From: a virus | Lineage: Duplodnaviria; Caudoviricetes | Virus record (IMG/VR): IMGVR_UViG_3300037991_007240 | Location: 1-46,509 of that record | Length of the DNA stretch: 46,509 nucleotides | Direction: 5' to 3' (one strand) | Part shown: positions 27,070 through 39,000 of the stretch, in pieces | How positions within the stretch are numbered: the first letter of the stretch is position 1 | How the letters are laid out: each line of letters begins with the position of its first letter | Translations under genes and position numbers: made by a program | The notes under the pieces: generated by a model | Told to the model about the DNA's origin: nothing | What the model saw: the letters and a program-made list of their open reading frames with translations, nothing else | Database searches by the model: none

Positions 27070-30000
27070 TTAATTAGAAGTTAGAGCAACTCCTGGTCCA
27101 GCAAATAATGCACCAGTGTCTCTAAGACCACCAGACTTTCTTTGAACTGACGGATATTCCGTCAATCCAATTCCAGCAGTGTTGCCACTTACTGTGTATG
27201 ATGTAGTAACACCAGAATTAAGTGATATCTTACCCCAAGAGAAAGTTCCGTTTTCGAGCGTTCCTGACTGATCAACATGTAAAGGTAGTTTTGCCGATAT
27301 GACGGGTTGCCCACCTTCTATGAATGCATATGATGTAATAATTCCAGTTCGCGCATCTACGTCAATAGATTCGACTTTGTAAATTCCATCAATATTATTT
27401 GCCGGGAAGGAAAGTGCTGGTAAACTTGACCTCTTATAGTCAGATGCTGTATATGAAGATTGAGTTTCACCATATTCATCAGTAATGACAGTTTCAGTAG
27501 TCATCTTACTCGTTACACCTCTTTCTGTACCAGGATCATAAACTTCTAAAGTTGCATATTGATAGTTTTTACTATTATATTCTGTATCAAGTTGAGTATG
27601 AGATATAGAAACATAATCACCTTGAGAAAGTTGTCCGTTTGCTATATTTGAATTGTTAAAATCGGATCCATTAATAGCATTTTTCTGTTGATCCAAGTAA
27701 TCCTCTTGAAGTTTAAACTCTATGGCACGAACTCTTGGATTGGTTCCGCCACTATGAGATGTGGAATCATCCAAAGTGTCTTCTATGTAGAATCGTATTG
27801 TACTTGGATTTGAAATTTTTGAATCACTAAGTTCTACAAATTCACCTGCATTATATCCCGTACCAGGATTAATCATTTCTATTTCTGTCAAGGAACCATC
27901 AAATGTTTTAAATCTAAATTGCGCTTTTACGGTACCGGAACTACCAGCATCTGTAACATTAAAAGAGTCACTTCCAGATGTATTCACGTTAGTAACAGTA
28001 ATATCACTAAAATGACTCTGAGGATGATTATCATTAAATCTAACTATTCTTCCGGTGGTATCTGAAGTGTCTGATGCATTAATTGCAGTTACAATACCAC
28101 TAAATCCATGTATTACAGTTGTTGTGGGCGTAATTTCATGAACATTTGGTGGTAATGGAATTGATACTTGTGGTGTATTTTGATAACCAGAATAACCAGA
28201 TCCCGCAACAACATTAGTATTAGTAATACGACCAATAGAATCTGTGGTTATGCTAATAACAGCAGTATTACTGGATGATTGTGGTGGAAGAGAACGATAT
28301 TTTTCACTCTCACTAATAGGTTGTCCCTCTTGACCAGGGACTGTTCCTGGCCAACCAGTTCTAGATGTTGTAAATGGTTCTGGAACCAAAGCACTAAATG
28401 TAGTTGATGGTGGATATCCACGAGTATCAGTTTGATTTAATATAGTTAAGTTCAAACCATCATTATTATTAACTCTCGTCACAGAAATTTCTGCAGGAAC
28501 AAATTCATTTGCATCATCAACGACAAGGAGAGATACATCATCAAGAGTTGAAGCACTCTTATTATCTATTTCAAATTTGAACATATCAGTATTTTCAACA
28601 TAAAGTACAGTATCAGTTGCTTTTACATCTCTGATAATGTTGGTAGTAGGATAAACTTGTGACAGTAAGGATCTCCTAGTCTTATAAACATAATCTCCAC
28701 CTAAAATCAAATCTCTCTTCTGCTTCGTCCAAGAGATGGGTCTGAAAGTAGAATCTGAAGGATACAAACCAACACCAGCATATGGTGATGTTTCCAATAC
28801 ATCAGATTCCTTATAATCAAAGATTCTTCTCTGATTTTGTCCCTTATAATCAAAGTAATCATTTATTTGAACATAATCACCTCTTTCTACTGTTGGAACA
28901 ACTGATCCAATTTGTTCATCATCAACACCTTGTGTACCTCTATAGAAGAATACTGCTATTTGATCATCAATTTTTGCTGGCTCCGAAAGTGTAAATGATG
29001 CTCCTCCGGAGAAGAAATAGTTTTCTCCTGGATTTTGTAATACTCCATTTATAAAGATAATTAAAGCATTTTCAACATTCATTCTAGATTCTTCTGCAAC
29101 CTGAACGCTAAACAGTTCGCCTTCATAGAATAGTGGGAATCTTGTGCGGGATCCATCTTGATATGGTTTAATAGAATCAATAAAATCGAGATTACCAAAT
29201 TGCCATGCGGAGAATGTATCATCAAAGGTTTCTACAACCTCAAATTCTATTTGTTCAATAGGTGAAGATAATCCAGCAGCAGTAACTAGTCCGACAGGAG
29301 TAAATTTGTCTCCTTTACGGAAAGCATATCCTGGTCTGGAAATATTAAATCCTTTAACTTCTCCCGTTGTAGAACCAATTCCAACTGTAGAAGCTGCTCC
29401 AACTTCAATATCCATTAAGAGTCCAACACCAGTATCGGTAGTTTCACCATATCCAATTCTAGAAATTCCACGAACTTCAAGATTTGAATATGAAGGTTCG
29501 GAAACAGATGCCTGTGGATAATCTGCATGTCCACTTCCTGGAGTATCAATATTAAATATTGCAGTTCCACCCGCACCTACTGTTGCAGTAATAACTGCTG
29601 TTTGACCAACACCTGGAATCGCAAGACAATCCTCAACAATAGTAACTGTTGGATTGTTAAAATAACCAGATCCTCCAAGAGGTCTTCTATAACCAAAGTT
29701 AATAGTTATTGTTCCTGAGACAGTTAAATTATTGTCGAGAACCACATTATTAATACCTACTGATTGAACTTTTTGTCCATATGCAATATTATCACTATTT
29801 TGTACTTCCATTCCAACAGCAATTCCAGAAGTATTAATTCCCGTAATTGTATTATTGGCATTAGTTAACGTACCTTCTGCTGATACTGCGGAAATAAATT
29901 TTCCAACAACTAGATCAATACTAGAGTTGTTTGTGCCTGATAGCCATGTAGCAGGAACATGATGATCGGTAATTAAATCGATCTGTGCGCCTTGAAGTGG

Positions 30001-33000
30001 TGCATATCCAAGACCGCCTGATGATCCAAGAGAGACAATAATACCACCTCTAGGAATTTGGTTTGAATTTACATCAGTCTTGGAGAATCCAACCTGCCCA
30101 CCAGCATCTTTATATCCAGTAAATTTGACGCTAGAAATACCTGCAACTTGATCTTCAATAATTTCAAAATTATTATCTGGATTGTTTGGTGCAGAAGGTG
30201 TTTGATATATTCCATTAATAAGTACAATTCCACTTCCGCCAGTAGTACCAATTCCAATTTCACTAGTTCCTTCTATTGATAATGTAAACGTTCTTCCAAT
30301 TCCATTAAATTCGTTAGAGACATTATCATAAATTTTATTATCACTATAATTTTTCCTTAAAAATGCTCTACCACTAAAATCTGAGGTTTGGAATACTAGA
30401 TTATTTTCTTGTCTGGAGATAGCGGCATTTCCTTTTGGTGCATCAATAAAGTGAACTTCATCGCCAACAATATTATATGACCCTTTATATACACCAACAT
30501 TTGTGGAGTCTGTATGGGATGTTGAGATTGTTCCTAAAACACCTCTTTCAACGACAACAATTTCTGTTGTACCAAATCCAGTAACTGGTCCCAGACTAGT
30601 AGTACCTAAACCAACAGAACGAACTCTCATAAATTCGTTATCAATTTTTAAAATATCAGAAACATTAACAGTCTGAATACCACTTAAAGCAAATGTTGTT
30701 GCTTCTGTACTAATCAAACCACCAACATTGTCTTGCAATTGCCAATTAATATTAGTAAATGCAACCGGACTCTGAATCATTCCATCAAGACTAATGACTG
30801 CCTTAGATAAAGATTTCTTCATAGCAAGTTGGTGAATATTTCCTTCACCAGTAGAACTAAATCCGGTTATAACTGGTCCATTTATTGATGCCTTTAATCT
30901 AAATGTATCAAATTCAAAATCTTCAACCACAGCAAAAACTGTTTCTGGTAGATCACCTCCACCACCAGCAATTTCTAATGCAGTAGATCCAACACCAATA
31001 AATGAAGATCTTGGTGTGTATATCAATTCTTCATCATTACTGAAATAATGATTTGGTATAGTAAAGACTCCAGTATCTACATCAAGTATTGATGAATCTT
31101 TTGGATCAAAAGTTTTTGCAAAAATTGGATTTTTTTCGCTACGTAATACAAAATTTGTTTTGTTAATTCTCTCACCTTCGAGTGCAAAATATGCAAATGT
31201 CTTAACACTTTCAATTAGAGATCCATATTGCAGATCTGGTGCAATATTAAGATTATCCACATCAGTATAGAAGCATTCAGAAAGTGCTCTAATGTTTATG
31301 GTTCCAGAATTAGTAAATGGATAGAATTTGATTATAAAGTTGTCAGATCCATCAAACTCTGCACCAAAAGTTCCTATTCCAATAGAAGTTCCTATTCCAG
31401 AAGAATCTTCAGTTGCATAAAGTGCGGGACCTTCTTGAACATAAGTGTTAATAGTATCATGAACAAAAGATACCTCATGAACAACAGAACCATTAAACTC
31501 TTCACTAGATCCTGTAACTTGAATTTCAATTATGGATGAAACCGCATCAAATATATTTTTATTTAAAGTAACAATATCAATTTCAGATGCATTTCCACCG
31601 CCCGTTACAAAATCCGACTGATAGATTACAGATCTTTCATTTCCTGCTGGTTGATTTGGTAAACTGAACCGATATACATCTTCTACAGTACTACTATTAT
31701 CAAAAGCAACTGATCTTGATCTAAGAATAACTGTTTCAATATCTTCAGTATTTGTATAGTTAATTTTCAATCTTCCAGATTCTACTATTGAAGTAAATAT
31801 TCCTATGGGTTCTTGAGATCTGTTTAAAGTTGAACTGTCATAGAAATAACTTGCAATATTGCTGTCTGATCCATCAGAAGTTACATACAATCTAACAAAG
31901 TTTTGTTTGTTAGTTGTAAGTGTATTGAGATGTATATCAGTAACTACAGACTTATGCTCACTTATATCCAAATCAATAAAAGTTCGCGTTCCAACACCAG
32001 TAGTGATTCCGGTTACGGAACTAATTAAATCAATACATCCAATATTAGTAGTAGCAATACCAACAGTACTGTCTCCAAACCTCTTTTCCAAATATTTTAC
32101 ATCATACTCTACATTAAATGGATCTTTGGGAATAAATCTTAAATATGTTTCTTCAAATTCTGTTGTAACTAACTCAAAATTCCCATAAAGTTCTCCTTTA
32201 ATATGTGAAGTTCCAATACCAACATTTGCTAAGGATTCATGCTCTTGAATAAATGATTGTCCGACAGGATCGCTTATAATTGATAGTTTAGTCAGTTGAA
32301 CTTGAGTATTGTCTCCGTTTGTTAATTTAAAAGTATAATTTCTATAATCTCTTTTTTGTTCTATTTCGAAAATGTCTCTATATGGAAGAGGTTCGGATTC
32401 AAATTGAGAAAATTCTGGAGAGATATCATCAATTTTTAGAACAACATTAGTTTTTGCTTTTGTATATGGTATAAAAACAGAATTTTCAAATTCTAAGAAT
32501 TTTGATTTATCGCTGACAACATCAATATCTCTACTACTATCAAAATTATTAATCTTATCGACTCTTTCATTACTAATAAGATCTATGAATATATCAACTC
32601 CTGTGTTAATTGTACTAACTCCTGATATAGAGTCTGTATTAGAAACTATTTCAGTATCAGAAAAATTCTTCATTCCTGATATGTGAACCAGACTATTAAT
32701 AGGGGATTTTACTTCTTCCCACGTTAATGGACTTCTAATTGAATATGAAAGTGTTTGATAATAATCATTATCTGGAAGTACTTGATAATCCTCATTTAAT
32801 CTACCGGTAGTCGATCTCCATCCAAAATTTTTCTTAAGTGAATAATCGACAATATATTTTGCATCAGTTTTTTCAATTGAGGCAATATTGGCAATATTGC
32901 CTGAAATTTTTCCAGTCAATTTATCATTAATTGATAAATCATATGTTCCTACAACTTTTAAATCAGTCTCATTTGTATGAGATTCGACTTTCAAATCAAC

Positions 33001-36000
33001 TTCAACATTATTAACCAACAAATCTTCTCCAACAGTAAATACTGATGGTTGCGAAGTTACATTAAACTTGGGATAATTTTTTCTACTAACAATCGTCCCT
33101 GAGGAGTCCTGTATAGTTTTTGCTATTCCTGTATTGGAAGTATATTCAGAAACATCTATTGATACACGATCTTCACTTTGCGTATTATCATATCCCGATA
33201 CTCTAAAGAATCTATATCCAAGATCAGATGAGTTAAAACCATCCCCGAATGAACTGAATTTTTGAATTCCCTCAATATATACTTCATCACCTATTTGGAG
33301 TTGTGATTCTGGGTCAAATCCAACTACTGGTGTGTTTAGGACACATATAAAAGTTCCTGTATTGTCCGATTCAACCTTTAAAATACTAATTCCATTTGAG
33401 TTATCTTCAACAAAAAGTTCATTATCTGCCGCAATTCCTTGAGGTGTGACATCAATATCAATCGAATTAATTGATTCTCCAGAAATATTTAATTTTAAAA
33501 GACCACCAGGAACTGCCTCTCTAGTATCAAAATCTACAAGAACTGGGGTTGGAGGTGTTACATAATTTTTTCCGCCATCTATTACATCAATACTTGCGAG
33601 AGTATTTGAATTTTTCAGTACAACTGATGGAGATACAAATGCTCTAGGAATAAGTGTCTTATCTGAAGAATATTCAAATCCATCATTAATAATTTCTACT
33701 TGATTAATTTTTCCAATAGTTTCAGAAACAGAAATTCCTTCAAACGCTCTACCAAGTTCAGTATCGATTGATGATATTGATGGCAATTTCTTATAGTTTT
33801 CTCCTCTAGTAACTACATCAATTTCTTTTACTGATCCATATGCAGTAGTCGATGAAGTATCATATTCCAATTTTCTACACTCAGTTTTTGTATAAGAATC
33901 TCTTTCAGATTCTTCTCTTAGAGTAATATTGAACGATACACCGGTAGTCGAACCAATACCAGATACTGTATGAGATCCAGTATATACACTATCGATATAA
34001 GAAATTTGGTTGTAATGATTTACAGTAGTATCTGAAGTATTGATTCCAGATCCTGAAGAACTTTCTATATTATAATATAATTTTTGTGGGAAATTATTAG
34101 AATAGTTGATGGTTAATTTTGCATCAGTACTAACACCAACAGTACCTATTCCAGATATATTAAATGTTGATGTTCCGCCAACAGATATGAATTCATTATT
34201 AAATTCTTTATCATAATAAATTTTAAATACGTTTCCTGAAAGAGACGTATCAGTAAGATCAAATACTAAATTATTTCCTTTAGTAACTTCAATTTGGGGA
34301 TTCACTAATGTCCAAATATGACCAAAATTTGTCAGAATAGAAGTACCACTAACAACATTAGTTATTGATAAAGTAGTACTTCCAGTAACAGATGGTTTAA
34401 AGACATCATCATATGTTTCACTTACGGTGAAATCGGTTTCATTAATAACACGAACATAAAATGCAACATCTTGCATTTCTGGGTTCTTCTGAGTAGCAAG
34501 TAAATTCCAAGCACTGATATCAAATAATTCAGATCCATATTTAAGAATTTCTCCATTTGCATGGGAATATATTACTTTATCGCCATTTTTAAAATTATGT
34601 TTCTGTGGAGATGTAGTAAATACCCAAGGATCCGTTTGTAGGACACCACTTGAACCCGGAATATACTTTGCCTTAGAATCAACAGTGTTTATACCAATAG
34701 TAAGATCATTATTTCTTACAACACTTACTGAAGTTGTAGTTCCAATACCAACATTCAGATTAGGCTCTACTAAAAGTTTAACAATATCACCATTTGTAAG
34801 ACCATGAGAAGTAGATACTGAGACAGTTGCAGTTATTTTATCAATATCTGCCTTTTCTTGTGTATATTGCGTTTCTAAAATATAATACTCATCGAGTGAC
34901 CCTAAAGAATCAAAAAATACTAATGGTCCTTCTAGTGTTGTGGAAAGACCAATAGTATTCGGCGTTGCATTTTTAACATAAAACTCAGCACCAGTATTGA
35001 AGTTGATATTAGAATTGATACTGGGATCAAAAATAGTGATAACACTAGAAGAACCGATATCTGCAACTAACTTATCATTTACTTTAAACTTATGATTCTC
35101 CAAATAGAGACTTCCCATTGGAATTGATCTAGTAACAGTATTGTCACCAAAATCAAATGTTGTCGCATAGGAATCTCCCGCAGTTGTTCCCAATCCGACA
35201 GATTCCTGAGGAACAAAGTAATAAGATATATTTTTTCTTGAATCAAAAAATTCAAAATCTTCATCAATAGTAAAACTATAGTTTTTAGGTGTAATTAATG
35301 ATCCTACAGAAAAATTAGTATTTCCAGTTACTCTACGTAACTTTACTTTGTTTATATTTGGATATGTATTTAAAACAGTAAAAGTATCAGACCCAATCGT
35401 TACATCATTCGCAATTTTGAGTTGATCTGTCAAATTAGATACAGATGCTAACGTAACAATTCCAACACTAGTATCAGTTATTTCATCTTCTAGACGAAGA
35501 ACTACTGGGGAATCAACTGTCACTTTGTAATAAGATTCATCAAGTTTTAATATTGGTGGACTAGGAATTATTGAGGAAATTCCGGAAATAGAAACATAAT
35601 CACCAGAATTAAGTGTATGTCCAATTCCAGTATGAATTCTAATTTTGTCGCCAGACTCCCAAGTAACAATAGACTGTGAATATGATAATATATTTTGTGT
35701 TATGTTTGTAATATTTTTTCCTTCAATAAGAGATACTTTTGCATCTATACCACCACCATTAGTTCCACTGTTATCAAATATAATCTTGTCATCTACTTGA
35801 TAGTTCTGTCCAGAATTAATAATCGAAATACTATCAACAGATCCACTCTGTACAGATTCTATTTTAGTTCTTTGTTTGGATATTTCATTAGTTTCAATAA
35901 CAAAATCATAGTCTGCATTTAGTTCTGATATTTTATATGGAAATGTATTTCTTAAAAGATCTGAAGAATTTAAATCAAAATCTTGATTTAACCTTCTATT

Positions 36001-39000
36001 TTCCTCTAATGTATTTGTTCTGTAACTATTGCCAATAAAATATGGGAATTTTGGTTTATTAGTATTTTCTTCTATAGTGGCATAGTATGCATAAATTCCA
36101 TTTGGAAATTCATTAGTTCTAACAAATCTTCCATTATTTCTATCTAAATCACCATTTCCTGTAAATTTATAATCATCAACAAAGAATCCTAATGGGAAAG
36201 ATGATGTTGATGGTCTGTTTGGAATATTATCTACAGTTAATTCATATCCAGATTCAATTCTCTTGGTGAATGATGCCACAACATTTGGATCTGATTGTCC
36301 AAATGATCCATAAATTGGATTGCCATCATATGCCCAACCAATTATTGGAGAATTGAGAGTTCCATAATCTTCAAATGATTCTCTCAATTTACTGTAATAA
36401 CCAGATATTCCATAATCTAAGAAATCTTGATTATCAGAGACGCTAAAAACTTGATATTGATTTTTTTCAATCTTGTTTATATTATTAATACTAAGCGATC
36501 TTATAGTAGAATCAAATATTGATCCAGATCCGGAATTAGTAATTTCAATTCTACTATTATTTGAATAACCTCTTCCAGAATTTTGAATTATTACTTTTAC
36601 AATTGAACCATTTTCTGTTACTGATTTTAATTTTGCACCCGATCCAGATCCAGTTGGATCAAACAAAGTTAAATCTGGTGGAGAGAAGTAGTCAAAACCA
36701 CTAAATTGAATGTTGGTATCAATTAAAATGCCAGAAGCAATTACTGGTGCTATCTGTGCTTTTTGTCCTTCTTTTACTTTAATTTCTGGAGTTTTTTCAA
36801 AGTTAATAACTTCTGATCCATAGTTAGTTCCTGGTTCATATAGATAAGCATCGATGATATTTCCCTTTATAACTGGAGTTATACTTAAATTATAAGAAGT
36901 ATTACCTACACTAACAAAATTAACTGATGCTGTAATATCGGGATATTTAAAATATTGATATCCAGATCCAGATGATATGAATTTAACATATTTTCTCTTC
37001 TCAAAATTATCAGTTATTGTTCCACCTATACCTGCATCGCAAATTCTAAATGAATTTTCATCCTCTTTTAATACATAATAATTTACACTTGTAGAGAGTC
37101 CAACTTGTGTAGAAATGCCAATGGATGTAGTATCGAATCTATATTCGATTAAATCGCCATTTTCAAAATTATGATTTTTGAAATTGATGGTATTATTTGA
37201 CGTATTAATTCCAGATGGACTTACAATTAATTTTCTATTTGTAAAAGATCCTGATTCTAATATTCTAATTTCACTTAAAATATTTGCTGCTTCACCTACT
37301 ACAAATTTTTGAATTCCACCGTAAACATCCGTCTTACCGAAAGAAACTGGATTAATTTGAGCAGCAAAATCAGAAAGACTTTCGTATAATTTTACTGTAG
37401 TATTATTATCTACCTTAACATAATATTCTCCTTCGTTAACTAAATTAGAATCATTTTGCCCGTTACCGGATTGATCAATTCCAACGTTAGTGTATTGAGT
37501 TTCATTCCTATAAATTATTTTTTGCCCATCAAAAAGATTATGATCTTTTATAAATGAAAGTTGTGGTGTAGTTGTGCTTATACCACCACCATCAGAAACT
37601 GGTCTTGCATCAAATAATAACTCTATACTTTTTTTAACCAATACTGGATCAAATTTTCCGCCAGTACCATTTCCTCCAGAAACATTAATTGATACTATTT
37701 CTTTAATATCAAAATTTGATGTTTCTGAATCAATAATAATATCTGTTATATTACCTGAGACAACGGGTTGTACTTTAGCATCAGTTCCACCGTTTGAACT
37801 AGGAACGGTCAGTTGTGGTAAATTTATGACATCATAATTGCTTCCACCATTTAAAACAGAAATTGAAGTTAGTGGTCCAAAATAAACTTTTTCTTCTGTT
37901 TTGTAGTTATTAATTTCAACTCCATTTATTAACATCCCCGTTGGTCCAGGAGATGTTTCCTCACTTTGACCCGATTTTAAATTTGGATTTAAGTTGAATT
38001 TCTTAAATAATTTTTTAGGTCTGATTAAATTTGATTTATGATCATATAATGTGAAATTATGAGTTCCTATCCCACTATTAGGTGCTCTAAATTTAACACT
38101 AGGTAAATTTGATGCAATATGAGATCTGGATGTATATAATTTTATTTTTTTATTTCCAGGTAGAACACTAACATAATATGAACCAGTAGTTATTCCAACC
38201 AAAGTTTCTGATCCTTCGGATGGTTCATAATGAACTCTATCTCCACTTATAAACTTAATCTCTTCTCCAAAGTTAATAGTAGTAAATTCTTGAATTCCAC
38301 TGGATGCTTCAGTTTCTACATCAACATCTTGAAGAGGAGAAACTGTATTTGGTGTAATTTCATATCTATAAATTTCTTGATCTATATCAATAACTCTAGG
38401 AGGCTTTGATCCATTTTCAAACTCATATATCTCAGATTGACTGAATTCTGAAGATGGCAATCCATTTGATGCAACATATGCATAATCATCTTCTCCCTTT
38501 TCAATATACAGATTTTGAATATCTGAGATTATTTGACCATTTCCGTATTGAATTGGTACACTTTTACTAAATGCTTTATTAACTCTTCTTCTAATAGAAT
38601 ACAAAGCCCCTGGTGTGGGAGAAAAGTCAAAATTTTCTAATTGTAATCTTCTATACAATCCATCGTCATCTGAAGGTATACTTACAATAAATGGAATATC
38701 AGACTCGCTATTTGGATCCGGATATACTACCTGATTTGTTTCTTTATTAATAATTTCAATTCTATCTCCAATTTTAAAATGAGATTTATCAATATTAGTT
38801 TTCAATCTTAAAGTATCTGAAAATGATTCTATATCAACACTTACAGAAGTATTATAAATCCAAGAATTTGCAAAGATTTGTTTATAAGTTTTCTCTACAG
38901 GATTTTTAATTAAATCTCCAAGATATTTGATACCAATAATTTGATTTTCTGAAACAGAAACTTTATTATTATCAATTGCAAAAATATCAGAAATAACTCC

